DNA of 34,657 bases from Candidatus Nanohaloarchaea archaeon (GTDB lineage: Archaea; Nanohalarchaeota; Nanosalinia; Nanosalinales; Nanosalinaceae). Below the pieces are notes generated by a model. That model did no database searches, had not been told where the DNA came from, and saw nothing but the letters and a program-made list of their open reading frames with translations. The stretch spans positions 1-34,657 of the forward strand of contig JBEQBC010000006.1 in NCBI GenBank assembly GCA_041640035.1. The letters are read 5' to 3'. The position numbers were made by a program, and so were the translations under genes. Of this stretch, positions 25,318-34,657 are shown piece by piece; positions within the stretch are counted from its first letter, which is position 1, and each line of letters opens with the position of its first letter.

Positions 25318-25918
25318 GTTCCTTCAGTTTTTCAGTCATCTGCTGAGCCAGATCTGAAAGGTAAGCTTGACCGAATACCGCCACTATAGCTGCTCCAGCT
25401 GTGTTGAACATCATATCCTTCATCGTATCCGTCAAACCGTGCTGCGCCAACGGCATGTCTATTCCGGTTGCATGTGAGAATATATCAAGTCCGAATTCGA
25501 ACAGCTCCCATACTACGCCGAAAGCGATCACCGTCATTAATATGAATATGAACATGAAGTTTTTCGGCAGCTTTATTTTATCTGAATGAATCTCGAATGA
25601 GCGAATGAATGTGTATCCTATACCTGCGACCACTGAGGCTGATAATGCATGTGTCATGTGATCCCACCAAGGTATTGCTCCGTAAAGTCCTGAGCTTCCG
25701 GCAGCGTGCAGAAAGACTGTGGAGGTTATCCAGAGTGAGAGCCACGGGCTGAGAGCCACATGGTAGTTTTTCTCCAGTACAGCAGGCATCAGGGTTATTA
25801 GGAAACCTGCCAGACTGTTTATTACCACTTTTGAATTTCCGGTGTAGAATCCGTAGATAACCATGAAGAACAGCATGATCTGCATTATTCTTGCGATTCG
25901 TGATTTTCTTCTTTTCAT
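25304..25918 (-). CDS. YjdF/DUF2238-like membrane protein with intact acidic/His motifs
   Basis: FLHAAG..LY..IPWWDHMTH, WELFEF, DTMKDM. Confidence 0.8.
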   Translation of the reverse strand: MKRRKSRIARIMQIMLFFMVIYGFYTGNSKVVINSLAGFLITLMPAVLEKNYHVALSPWLSLWITSTVFLHAAGSSGLYGAIPWWDHMTHALSASVVAGIGYTFIRSFEIHSDKIKLPKNFMFIFILMTVIAFGVVWELFEFGLDIFSHATGIDMPLAQHGLTDTMKDMMFNTAGAAIVAVFGQAYLSDLAQQMTEKLKEPTET

Positions 25919-26505
25919 CTGCCTATCACCTTCCTGAACTTTCGTCGGAAGAACCTGTCTCTTCTCCTGAAGTAACTGTCAAACAATACACCGGCAAATA
26001 ATCCAGCTATCAGGACGCTGAAATATTCTGTCATCAGTGCCTCGTTTGTCGACAGGAATCCGGTTCCGAGCCGTGCATCTAAAATGAATCTGATGATTGA
26101 CCAGACTCCTGCGATCGCAAGAGTTGATATGACTGTGAAAATTACTGCGAAGGTGTGTGAGAACTTGGCTTTGGTGAATATGTGTAGTTCTACTGCTATG
26201 AGTAGTGCTGCTGCGGCGATCGATACATAGGTTGTTATTTCCCCTGAGAGTACCGAGAGGTTGAATGACCTCACTATTACAGGTATTGAAGCAAGTAGTA
26301 TTACCTCGAAGGGAGGCATTATCTCATAGTTTCTGTAGGATACCGCAGGAAGAACTGTCAAGATGAATACCAGACCTGAGAATATTATCCAGAGAGTATC
26401 CAGGTCTAAAAGGCTCTCTATAAACACTAAGCCTATCAGAGAGACCAGAAACCATGAAATAATCGAGTTTATTCTGGTGTCTCTCAGAAAATCATCGATA
26501 TCCAT
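25915..26505 (-). CDS. Membrane protein, degenerate paralog of the downstream DUF2238-like gene
   Basis: Same topology (LPAV..RNY...PP; AGVWSIIRF; TNEALM); 4-nt overlap; start ATG at 26505. Confidence 0.75.
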   Translation of the reverse strand: MDIDDFLRDTRINSIISWFLVSLIGLVFIESLLDLDTLWIIFSGLVFILTVLPAVSYRNYEIMPPFEVILLASIPVIVRSFNLSVLSGEITTYVSIAAAALLIAVELHIFTKAKFSHTFAVIFTVISTLAIAGVWSIIRFILDARLGTGFLSTNEALMTEYFSVLIAGLFAGVLFDSYFRRRDRFFRRKFRKVIGR

Positions 26506-26545
26506 AGGTAAATATTGACGGAGCGTATCTTTAGTTACCTTGCAT

Positions 26546-26989
26546 TCAACCAGGGAAGAAAAACGCAATAGCTAGTATCATGAAAAGGAATGAGAAGGCA
26601 GCTGCAGAAGCTCCGTACAGTAAAGCGTTTAGAGCTATTACTATTCTGCCATCGAGTTCATCTTCCTCAGAGGGATTCCAGATGTTCTTCCATGGAAGAA
26701 CTAGTCCTGCTACCAGTGCATAGAGCCATGTGACACCGACGGTTGAGAGACCTAAAAATGCGAATACACCGGTTCCGTCTATCTGTCCTCCGGAGATCAA
26801 AATTTGAGCCTCACCCACCAAAATCTGTGTCAGAGTCAGAACCAGGACGAGAACTAGGTAGTTCCGGAGCAATGTTTTTCTACCGAGTTTTTCAATCAGT
26901 CTTCTGGCCGCTGAACTGAGGTTGAGAGGTGATAGAAGTACAAGATTTGTTACCAGCAGACCGATGATAACGCCCAGTAATTGAAACAT
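26546..26989 (-). CDS. Four-TM membrane protein
   Basis: Hydrophobic ORF with a GGTGA SD. Confidence 0.7.
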   Translation of the reverse strand: MFQLLGVIIGLLVTNLVLLSPLNLSSAARRLIEKLGRKTLLRNYLVLVLVLTLTQILVGEAQILISGGQIDGTGVFAFLGLSTVGVTWLYALVAGLVLPWKNIWNPSEEDELDGRIVIALNALLYGASAAAFSFLFMILAIAFFFPG

Positions 26990-27035
26990 TATATCACCTT
27001 AGTTGGATATATACGGAATTAAAAATTTGGTTTTT

Positions 27036-28187
27036 TTAGGTTTTCTGAGCTTCTGCTACCTTGAAACCGTTCTCTTCTGCCAGTATATCTACCTTTCCGA
27101 AAATATCTTTCAATTGGTCCTCGAATTTCATGTTGCTGTTGTATACGATTACAAGCCTTCCTTTCCTGTTCAAACGGCTGTAAGACTGTTCAAACATCTC
27201 GGTCGTTACTCCTCTTCCCTGGTGTGTCGGCGGGTTGGATACGATCAGATCGAAGTTTTCGTCCTTGAAGCAGTCAAGACAGTCAGCGTGCTCCAGATGA
27301 AAATCTGATGCCTCGTTCTCCTCCATATTTTTCTCTGCATATCTTACAGCAGGACCGCTGTCATCCGATAGATAGAACTCAAGGTCTCCCTCTGAACGAC
27401 CACTCATGTATGCAGTGATTGTGCCGTAGCCTGCTGCCAGATCCAGTATGCTGCCTTTTTCAGGTAGTTCAAGGTTTTCAAGAAGTACCCTGGTTCCCTG
27501 ATCCAAGCTGCCGGATGAGAACAAACCTTCACAGGTTATGAAACTCATTTGAACATTCTTTACCTGTGCAGAGTACTTTTTCTCTATTTCAGTTCTCTCA
27601 GGTGTAAAATCGGATGTCTTCCTGTAACTGTAGACCTTCACATCTCCTTCCTGACCTGTCTTGGATACTTCGCCTTCAAAACCTGTGAGATGTTTCCTGT
27701 ACCTCTTGAAACCGGTTTTCTTCTTACCTGAAATAATCAGCTGACCATCTTCTTCCAGAAGGTTTACCAAGTTTTCCAGACGATGCTTAACGAAATCTAC
27801 TGGCTGGTAGGCCTTCGGAGTGTACACTATACAGTCGAAGGACCGGTTTATTTCATCATAGAAACCTGTTTTGATGCATTCAGTGTTCTGTATATCGTTT
27901 AGCTCCATGTTCTGTTCGGATAGTTGATGAGCTCGATCGCTGGTCTCTGCCAGTACTGTTTCGGCTTCTGGCGTCATATCGCCGAGTACTGCTCCGAGAA
28001 ATCCGTATCTTGATTCTGCTATAAGTATTTCGTTATCTTCTGCTGGTTCGACATGTTCTGCGATTGCTAGTTCTTCGTCTCTGAAGCTGTTTTTGCTTTC
28101 TATGCCGTCGGCTGATTGGAATTCGTATATTTCTTTTCCGTAGCCGGTCTGGCTTCTGATCTTCAAGCTGTACTGAGGGTTTTGCAC
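27036..28187 (-). CDS. RsmC/RlmG-like (MTS) tandem-domain methyltransferase
   Basis: GLFSSGSLDQGTRVLL, ILDLAAGYG, SNPPTHQG; degenerate N-terminal methyltransferase domain. Confidence 0.88.
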   Translation of the reverse strand: MQNPQYSLKIRSQTGYGKEIYEFQSADGIESKNSFRDEELAIAEHVEPAEDNEILIAESRYGFLGAVLGDMTPEAETVLAETSDRAHQLSEQNMELNDIQNTECIKTGFYDEINRSFDCIVYTPKAYQPVDFVKHRLENLVNLLEEDGQLIISGKKKTGFKRYRKHLTGFEGEVSKTGQEGDVKVYSYRKTSDFTPERTEIEKKYSAQVKNVQMSFITCEGLFSSGSLDQGTRVLLENLELPEKGSILDLAAGYGTITAYMSGRSEGDLEFYLSDDSGPAVRYAEKNMEENEASDFHLEHADCLDCFKDENFDLIVSNPPTHQGRGVTTEMFEQSYSRLNRKGRLVIVYNSNMKFEDQLKDIFGKVDILAEENGFKVAEAQKT

Positions 28188-28260
28188 TGTAGAGAGTACC
28201 TTTTAAACCAGTTTTTATTAAGAAAGAGGTTTGGAAGAAGAAATCGAATAGAGAGGATTT

Positions 28261-28611
28261 TTACTCTGTTTTGACTGCGGTACCTGTGACTTTGATGTTC
28301 ATCATTCCGCCCTGTGCCCCCAGTACTTCGTCTTCGATATCTACGGCTACTACTGCGTCAGCGTCAACCTTTTTGGCTTCTTCTACGAGTTCTCTAAGTG
28401 CTTCGGTCTGAGCGTTTTCCAGTGTTTTCTCCCACGATTCGCTTCGTCCCCCGAAGGTGTTTCTGATCGAGGCCATGAAGTCCTTACCCATGTGCCGGCC
28501 TTCGGTTACATTCGCCATTACCATGGAGACATGCTCCTTGATCTCGGTGTTTTGAAGTGTATGGGAAGCTGTAACGGTTATATCGGCGTCATCAAACTTG
28601 AATCCTGACAT
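28261..28611 (-). CDS. YbjQ / UPF0145 family protein
   Basis: KDFMASIRNTFGGRSESWE, ADAVVAV, VTGTAV; start ATG at 28611. Confidence 0.92.
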   Translation of the reverse strand: MSGFKFDDADITVTASHTLQNTEIKEHVSMVMANVTEGRHMGKDFMASIRNTFGGRSESWEKTLENAQTEALRELVEEAKKVDADAVVAVDIEDEVLGAQGGMMNIKVTGTAVKTE

Positions 28612-28706
28612 AATAACAGATTGTTCTGTCTTTACGGTGTTAAGTTTTTCGCTACTGTTAGTTTTCAGGCGAACAAGAATAAACAAAAATAGGAATGGTG
28701 GAGGTT

Positions 28707-28970
28707 TTATTCTGCTTCCTGCTCTTTTTCCAGCATCTCGGGCAGGTGTTCTACGATGTGGTCGACTGCTTTCTCATCGGTTGGAACTGTGAACCGTTTC
28801 TTGTACTGGGGTTCATCCTCTTCTGTGTAGTAACCTGTTGCGATCTGGATGAAGCTGTTTTCACTGCCGTCGTCCTGGATCGCTTTGTTCCTGCTTACCT
28901 CAACAAACTTTTCTCCTGGAAAATTCCCATAGTCTCGTCTTTCTTTCTCGATTGTCTCGAACTGTACCAT
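28707..28970 (-). CDS. Small protein, possible PC4/PUR-like nucleic-acid-binding fold
   Basis: Beta-strand run followed by a helix (KFVEVSR, SFIQIATGYY, YKKRFTVP, AVDHIVEHL). Confidence 0.6.
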   Translation of the reverse strand: MVQFETIEKERRDYGNFPGEKFVEVSRNKAIQDDGSENSFIQIATGYYTEEDEPQYKKRFTVPTDEKAVDHIVEHLPEMLEKEQEAE

Positions 28971-29033
28971 AATTCTGTTCAACCGGAGTGATTCTTTATA
29001 TATCCGTCAAAAACAGTGATTAAATATAGAGTT

Positions 29034-29696
29034 ATGAGGCTTCCAGAGGATGTTGAACTGAGTGTACATGAGTATGCTGCGGCTTTCATCTTTGGAGCGC
29101 TCGGAGTTATAACATCCTACGGATTTCTGAATATCAACGGACGGCTAGCAGTTCATTTCAACTCTGCAGGTATACCTGATAACTTCATGCCTCTAATACC
29201 AGGTCTTTCACTGATACCAGTGCTTGCAGTCCTGCTATACATACTTTTGAAACATCTACCGGAGATTGACCCTCTGGGTGAGAACTACAGAAGCTTTGAG
29301 AGAAGTCTAGAACATTTCACACTGGCGATTATCGGCCTGCTTACATATATTCAAGGGCTTATCGTTGCCTGGAATACAGGAGCGGTTTTCAACATGTCGT
29401 TGGCAGTTACGCCTGCTGTAGCTGTGATATACTATCTGGCAGGTGTCCTGATGGATGACGCGGAGAAGAACTGGTTTATCGGGATCAGAAATCCGTGGAC
29501 ACTGAATAATGACTATGTCTGGGAGAGAACCCACCGGAAAGCAGCGCCGATGTTCAAAGTATCCGGAGCTCTTGCACTACTTGCGATTCCGTTCCAGGAT
29601 CTCGGAGTACTGTTCTTGGCTGTACCGGTAATCACATCAGCATTATTCCTCAACGCCTACTCATACTGGCTTTACACGGTCAAAGAGGAAGAATAA
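29034..29696 (+). CDS. DUF1648 + SdpI/YhfL family membrane protein
   Basis: AVHFNSAGIPD, IDPLGENY, NWFIGIRNPWTL..VWERTHR. Confidence 0.9.
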   Translation: MRLPEDVELSVHEYAAAFIFGALGVITSYGFLNINGRLAVHFNSAGIPDNFMPLIPGLSLIPVLAVLLYILLKHLPEIDPLGENYRSFERSLEHFTLAIIGLLTYIQGLIVAWNTGAVFNMSLAVTPAVAVIYYLAGVLMDDAEKNWFIGIRNPWTLNNDYVWERTHRKAAPMFKVSGALALLAIPFQDLGVLFLAVPVITSALFLNAYSYWLYTVKEEE

Positions 29697-29721
29697 ATAA
29701 TTTCAGAAACATTGTTTCACT

Positions 29722-30450
29722 ATGGATGAAAATTTTGACCTGGCTGAAGCATCCCTTCCATACGAAGTCAGGCACTCGCTCTGGGATCCAGATAAAGTTG
29801 AAGAACAGCTGGACAAAAGAGGACTGTACAGTCCTGACTCAGTATATCTGTTCTCAGTTCCTGGAAGCGAGGAAGATGTACATATGGCTCAGGTCGAACA
29901 GCTACTAGATGATATCGATGAACCAGATACAGTTTACTTCAATGAAGATAACCGTGAAACAGTAGCTCCTGCACTGGAACAAATGAGTGATGCAGAACAG
30001 GTGCCGATCAGTTATCCTGAAGATACCAGTAGGAGAGCAGACTTCCAGGCCTTAAACGAGTACTTTGAACCGGAGGAAACATTTCTGGGTGTCGCCGTAG
30101 ATTATGCAGTTCCGAGAAACCATAGGGAAGCAGCTGCTAATCTGGAGGGCTGGAACGGACCTGAGAACGGTTTTCCATTCGAAGTTGAAGATGAGACAGA
30201 AAAAGGAAGTTCTCCATGGATGTACCTGGTCGACAGGTTGAACACCCGGATCCATGGCAGTGTCACTCCTGATTTCACCGACAGGGTCGATATGAAGGAC
30301 GGAGAACATTTCATCGTCGGAACTACATATAGCGAGGATTTCTCGGACTACAGCAAGAAGTTTGGCTTTGGTTCACAGTCTGAACTGGTTCGATCCGTTG
30401 TTCCACAGAGAGCCAAAGATACATTGAAAGATCTCGTAGACGAGTTCTAA
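29722..30450 (+). CDS. Hypothetical acidic protein (faint DUF218/YdcF-like segment)
   Basis: 242-aa ORF; EDTSRRADF...LGVAVDYAVPR weakly echoes E..S..T.EN...LVTS.YH.PR. Confidence 0.65.
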   Translation: MDENFDLAEASLPYEVRHSLWDPDKVEEQLDKRGLYSPDSVYLFSVPGSEEDVHMAQVEQLLDDIDEPDTVYFNEDNRETVAPALEQMSDAEQVPISYPEDTSRRADFQALNEYFEPEETFLGVAVDYAVPRNHREAAANLEGWNGPENGFPFEVEDETEKGSSPWMYLVDRLNTRIHGSVTPDFTDRVDMKDGEHFIVGTTYSEDFSDYSKKFGFGSQSELVRSVVPQRAKDTLKDLVDEF

Positions 30451-30953
30451 TTATCTTCTTTGAGTTTATCCACTTTAGGCTTGGCGTGCATACGACAGTA
30501 GACATCGTAAGGATGTTTCTCAAAGTAATCCTGATGTTTCTCCTCAGCAGTGCAGAAATTATCTAGCTCTTTGACTTCGGTAACGATTTCATCTTCGTAA
30601 TCGGATCTTACAGACTCTATGAAATCCTGAACTACCTGCTTCTGCTCTTCTCCCTGGTATAGAATTACTGATCGGTACTGTGATCCTTCATCAGGTCCCT
30701 GACGATTTTCAGTTGTCGGATCGTGTATCTTGAAGAACTTCTGAAGAATCTCATTCAATTCAATAACTGATTCTTCGTATTCAATTTTGATGACTTCTGC
30801 ATGGCCTGTTTCACCTGTACATACCTCTTCATAGGTAGGATCCTCTGTATGACCTCCTGAGTATCCTGAGGTAACTTTCTCTACTCCTTCAACTTCCTTG
30901 AATGCGGCCTCTGTACACCAGAAACATCCTCCGCCGAGAACTACTTCTTCCAT
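30447..30953 (-). CDS. msrA: Peptide-methionine (S)-S-oxide reductase MsrA
   Basis: GGGCFWCTE, PTYEEVCTGETGHAE, HDPT, AEEKHQDY, resolving YC. Confidence 0.97.
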   Translation of the reverse strand: MEEVVLGGGCFWCTEAAFKEVEGVEKVTSGYSGGHTEDPTYEEVCTGETGHAEVIKIEYEESVIELNEILQKFFKIHDPTTENRQGPDEGSQYRSVILYQGEEQKQVVQDFIESVRSDYEDEIVTEVKELDNFCTAEEKHQDYFEKHPYDVYCRMHAKPKVDKLKEDN

Positions 30954-30977
30954 GTGTTATGATTTAACTATCCAGTT

Positions 30978-31478
30978 TTATTGATATGCCGGGTCGTCCT
31001 CAGTTGGTTTGAATCTGTTGACGCTTTCCCAGCTATCCTCTAACTGGTGTGGCGGCCATGGATCTGTAAGAACTTCGAAAGCCCATTCCTGATACTGATC
31101 TTTCCCGTACCTTCTGGCTTCATCGTCTGCATCACTCCAGTAGAGGTCTACCAGTCCCTGTGCCTGTGCACCTACTCTTACCTGTCTTTCTTCATCTAGG
31201 AAGGCTGTAGCGACGGCCAATTCTACTTCATCTTCTCCTACATATCCGCTGTCTAGTATTCTTCGTGCCTGTTCTCCGTATACATTTGCAGCCATCTCAG
31301 CAAGTGCATCTATACCTTCATCCGGTAGATGTGATAGATGAGCGTTTTCCTCCAGGTTTTTCACAAGAACATCTGTGTAGAATTCTTCTACCTGTTCGAT
31401 AGCATGATCTTCAACTGCTTCTCTGTAGAACTCCTGCCATTGTTCCAGAAATTCCTGTTCAGTCATTTCATCAGTCAT
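30978..31478 (-). CDS. Hypothetical acidic helical protein
   Basis: D/E-rich ORF; probable start ATG at 31478. Confidence 0.7.
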   Translation of the reverse strand: MTDEMTEQEFLEQWQEFYREAVEDHAIEQVEEFYTDVLVKNLEENAHLSHLPDEGIDALAEMAANVYGEQARRILDSGYVGEDEVELAVATAFLDEERQVRVGAQAQGLVDLYWSDADDEARRYGKDQYQEWAFEVLTDPWPPHQLEDSWESVNRFKPTEDDPAYQ

Positions 31479-31540
31479 ACCAACTAGATGTACCACACAA
31501 CATTTAATTATTTACCGTTAAGTGACGAAATTGTTAACTT

Positions 31541-32323
31541 ATGGATTTGAAGGGTCTCAAAGAAAAGTTTCTGGAACCTGAAAACGAGTTCCTGGAGGAA
31601 GAGATGGATTCACCAGAGTCAGAGACATTGGGAGGAAGCCTGACAAACGACCTGGTGGATACACAGGTCGGAACAGTGCTGAAAAGATTCAATCAGCGAC
31701 CAGGAATGGCTTATATCCAGATGCTTGGAAGAGTGCCAGCAGGTAAACTGGATTTCCAGGATCGGGATTCCCGTATAGAGAACGAGGAAGAGTTCAGAGA
31801 GTTTATATCTGAATACGATGTCGAGATGCCCGAGATAATAGGTTCGGAAGATGGCTTCGTTGAATATGAAAGAGTAGACGGCCAAGATCTCAACACATAC
31901 CTGAACCAGGCAGAGCAAGACGAAGCTGTCGAGATGGGAGAACAGGTCGGTGAATTCCTCGGCTATATACATGAGAACGACGGAGCAGTAACTGATCTGC
32001 GGATAAACAATTTTATGATAGACTATGAGGGAGATCTTAACTTCGTGGATGCAGAGTACTTTTCATCCGAAGCAACCGGCTGGGAGAAACAGATGGACAT
32101 AATCACACTGGTATCAAGTCTCAGACAGGTCGATGAAGAAGCCTACAGAAGCTTCCGCAAAGGATTTGAAGAAAAATACGGAGAAAAAGTTAAATCTTAC
32201 TCCACTGGTATCTCGTCTCTTACATCGCTTGCTCACTCCGCTCTGATCGAAAGAGAGCCGGAAAGAGTTAGAAATGCCGCTTCCAGTATATCAGGTGATA
32301 TAGCTGAGTACAGAGAAGAATAG
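31541..32323 (+). CDS. Bud32/Kdo-like protein-kinase-fold protein
   Basis: VLKRF, IENEEEF, YERVDG, IHENDGAVTDLRINNFM, FVDAE. Confidence 0.8.
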   Translation: MDLKGLKEKFLEPENEFLEEEMDSPESETLGGSLTNDLVDTQVGTVLKRFNQRPGMAYIQMLGRVPAGKLDFQDRDSRIENEEEFREFISEYDVEMPEIIGSEDGFVEYERVDGQDLNTYLNQAEQDEAVEMGEQVGEFLGYIHENDGAVTDLRINNFMIDYEGDLNFVDAEYFSSEATGWEKQMDIITLVSSLRQVDEEAYRSFRKGFEEKYGEKVKSYSTGISSLTSLAHSALIEREPERVRNAASSISGDIAEYREE

Positions 32324-32324
32324 T

Positions 32325-32696
32325 TTATTCTTCAGATTCGAATTCCAGTGATACTCCGTTTATACAGTATCTCTTACCGGTCTTATCCTGCGGTCCATCA
32401 TCGAATACATGTCCTAGATGTGCTTCACAGTTGCTGCATACGACTTCCGTCCGAGTTCTAATCCAGCCATCGTCATCTCTTTTATCGATTACATCTTCGT
32501 CTACTACATCCCAGAAACTTGGCCAGCCCGTACCTGAATCATACTTCTTATCAGTTGTAAATAGTTCCTGACCGCATTTTTTGCATCTGAAAACTCCGTC
32601 CTCTTCTACATCCAGTAGGTCTGATGAGAACCTTGGCTCGGTTCCACATTTCTCGATTACCTCTCGCTCCTCATCAGAAAGATCGGTTTCACTCAT
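32325..32696 (-). CDS. msrB: Peptide-methionine (R)-S-oxide reductase MsrB
   Basis: GTEPRF, CKKC, KYDSGTGWPSF, RTEVVCSNCEAHLGHVFDDGP, RYCING. Confidence 0.97.
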   Translation of the reverse strand: MSETDLSDEEREVIEKCGTEPRFSSDLLDVEEDGVFRCKKCGQELFTTDKKYDSGTGWPSFWDVVDEDVIDKRDDDGWIRTRTEVVCSNCEAHLGHVFDDGPQDKTGKRYCINGVSLEFESEE

Positions 32697-32753
32697 AAAC
32701 ACAGATTTGGTGAATCAGTCTAAAGAAACTTGCTGTGGAGAAAAAAACAAGTT

Positions 32754-32984
32754 ATGAACACAGAGCTAAAACCGAAGAAGATACTGAAAGATCTTGGTCT
32801 CAGAATAGGCGGTGCTGCTGGAGCAGTAGGGCTTATATTCGGACTTGCTTACATCGGAAACAACGATATACTGGGACTTGGAGACCTGCTCGACAGCTCA
32901 GGCGGACTACTCCTCGGAACCATGATCGTGATGGAGATATTTTTCTTCACAGCTATCACAGCAGGGTACATCTACAGCAACTAA
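32754..32984 (+). CDS. Small two-TM membrane protein
   Basis: Two hydrophobic helices; ATG at 32754. Confidence 0.6.
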   Translation: MNTELKPKKILKDLGLRIGGAAGAVGLIFGLAYIGNNDILGLGDLLDSSGGLLLGTMIVMEIFFFTAITAGYIYSN

Positions 32985-33041
32985 GCGTGAAGTAACCAGC
33001 CCTCTATTAATTACACATTCAACAAAGAATCAAATGTAGAA

Positions 33042-33578
33042 ATGGATATTGGAGACGGATTTCAGAAAAAAGCTTCTCTCGGACTGATACTGGTCATTTC
33101 GATAGGAGCCGGACTGATGTTGAACAGTTACACTTCAGGCGGTAATCAAGTTGACACGGTAGACTGGAGAAGTTACAACTTAACCGAGGTCGAGTCAGGA
33201 GAAGAGTTCACCATCGAGTCTCTTGAGAAGCCTTTACTTATTGAAAGCTTCGCAGTCTGGTGTCCAACCTGTACGAGACAGCAGCAGGAGATCAAAAAGC
33301 TGCACGAGAACAGCAATATAACTTCAGTATCGCTTGATGTGGATCCAAATGAAGATCAATCACAGATACTGGAGCATAAACAGAACAATAACTTTGACTG
33401 GAGGTACGCGATTTCGCCGACAGAACTGACACGGACCCTAGCATCCGAGTTCGGAAACTCTGTAGCGAACCCACCTTCAGCACCGGTAATACTGGTATGT
33501 GAAAACGAAAGCAGAAGAATGGAGAACGGTGTAAAAACAAGTTCCAAACTTATGAACGAAGTAGAAGAGGGATGTTAA
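33042..33578 (+). CDS. Membrane-anchored TlpA/ResA-like thioredoxin
   Basis: N-terminal TM helix, FAVWCPTC, SLDVDPNED, PPSAP. Confidence 0.9.
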   Translation: MDIGDGFQKKASLGLILVISIGAGLMLNSYTSGGNQVDTVDWRSYNLTEVESGEEFTIESLEKPLLIESFAVWCPTCTRQQQEIKKLHENSNITSVSLDVDPNEDQSQILEHKQNNNFDWRYAISPTELTRTLASEFGNSVANPPSAPVILVCENESRRMENGVKTSSKLMNEVEEGC

Positions 33579-33582
33579 CAGA

Positions 33583-34254
33583 ATGGTACAGGAGTTCATC
33601 AGTTCATTTCTGCTTGGATTGGCAACACCATTAACGGCTGCCTGTGTACTACCTCTCTACCCCGGATTTCTCTCGTATCTATCCAGACAGTTTGACGGCG
33701 ATCAGAGCAGGAAAACTTATGCCTTGTTCGGTGGAGTAGTTGTCGCAGGAGTAATCTCGTTCATGCTGTCGATAGGACTGCTTTTCTCCACAGTGATTCA
33801 GGTATCTCTCACCACGGTAACACAGATCATCTCACCTATCGCCTTCGGCTTTCTTGGAGCAATCAGCTTGGCCATGATATTTAACTTGGACTTCCAGAGC
33901 TATCTACCGGTCATGGATAGCCCTGAGTTCGATAATCCTTTGAAGAACGCTTTCGGATTCGGTTTCTTCTTCGGAGCTATCGTTCTTCCATGCAACCCAG
34001 GCTACATCACTGTATTCCTCGCAAGAGCTACACTTTTCAGCAATCCTGTTTCAGGTATGATGAACTTCCTGTTATTCGGTCTGGGAATAGGTTTTCCGCT
34101 CCTGGCGTTCTCACTGCTGTCCTCAGGTAAAAGCAAGCAGATAATAAACCTGATGAAGTCACATGAGAAGAGGATAAACCAGGGAACAGGCCTGATAATG
34201 CTGACAGTATCAGTTTACTACCTAGTATATGTGTTCAAGGTACTGCCAGTCTAG
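33583..34254 (+). CDS. ccdA: CcdA/DsbD-type transmembrane electron transporter
   Basis: TAACVLPLYPGFLSY and VLPCNPG; six TM helices. Confidence 0.9.
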   Translation: MVQEFISSFLLGLATPLTAACVLPLYPGFLSYLSRQFDGDQSRKTYALFGGVVVAGVISFMLSIGLLFSTVIQVSLTTVTQIISPIAFGFLGAISLAMIFNLDFQSYLPVMDSPEFDNPLKNAFGFGFFFGAIVLPCNPGYITVFLARATLFSNPVSGMMNFLLFGLGIGFPLLAFSLLSSGKSKQIINLMKSHEKRINQGTGLIMLTVSVYYLVYVFKVLPV

Positions 34255-34657
34255 TTCCAAACTCGTTCAACAAAACCTGCTCTTCCGCTCGCCTGCTTGT
34301 AAGCCCTGTACTGCACACTGTTCTTCATAGAGTAGTTCTGATGCCTGTCCGCCGCAACATAGAACTCGGTCGCATTAAGGACTTCAGTGACAATTTCTTC
34401 ATCGAATCTTCCGCTCTCACTTATATTCTCCTTTGATTCTCTGGCGAGACGGTGTTGTCTGTCGGTATGTGTGTAGATAGCGGTAGTGTACTGATATCCG
34501 CGGTCTGAGAACTGGCCGCCGGAATCAGTAGGGTCGATGCTGGTCCAGTAGATATCAAGCATCTCTTTGTAAGAGATCACTGATGGATAGTACTTGACTC
34601 TTACCGCTTCCCTGTGCTCAGTTTCTCCGGTAACAACTAGATCGTACTCCGCGGTTT
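34251..34657 (-). CDS. msrA: Second MsrA, 5' end outside the window
   Basis: Frame is open to the window edge: TAEYDLVVTGETEHREAVRVKY..IDPTDSGGQFSDRGYQYTTAIY..FYVAADRHQNY. Confidence 0.92.
   Translation of the reverse strand, partial: TAEYDLVVTGETEHREAVRVKYYPSVISYKEMLDIYWTSIDPTDSGGQFSDRGYQYTTAIYTHTDRQHRLARESKENISESGRFDEEIVTEVLNATEFYVAADRHQNYSMKNSVQYRAYKQASGRAGFVERVWN

Overview
Gene-dense archaeal chromosomal segment with a strongly acidic proteome, short AT-rich intergenic regions and apparently mostly leaderless genes. By inference it comes from a halophilic DPANN archaeon (Nanohaloarchaeota-like). Recognisable genes: cutA, a YchF/Ygr210-type GTPase, hisS, rpl40e (absent from the ORF track), tRNA-Thr(GGT), a MacB/LolD-type ABC operon with a COG1361 protein and a divergent GbsR/MarR regulator, an RsmC-like methyltransferase, YbjQ, SdpI and a msrA/msrB/TlpA/CcdA/msrA2 cluster. 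The most unusual items are: (1) a free-standing LAGLIDADG nuclease carrying three XRE-type HTH domains; (2) a microbial rhodopsin with an atypical E-S-G helix-C motif; (3) an AbrB-GNAT-acylamino-acid deacylase-hisS gene run, divergent from a double-HTH regulator with a CX2CX5CX3C motif; (4) a family of secreted TPTPC-domain paralogs, two of which share an upstream palindrome at an identical offset, with a recurrent C-terminal amphipathic helix; (5) several apparent pseudo-enzymes and structured intergenic segments. All family calls are by eye from motifs; no database search was run.
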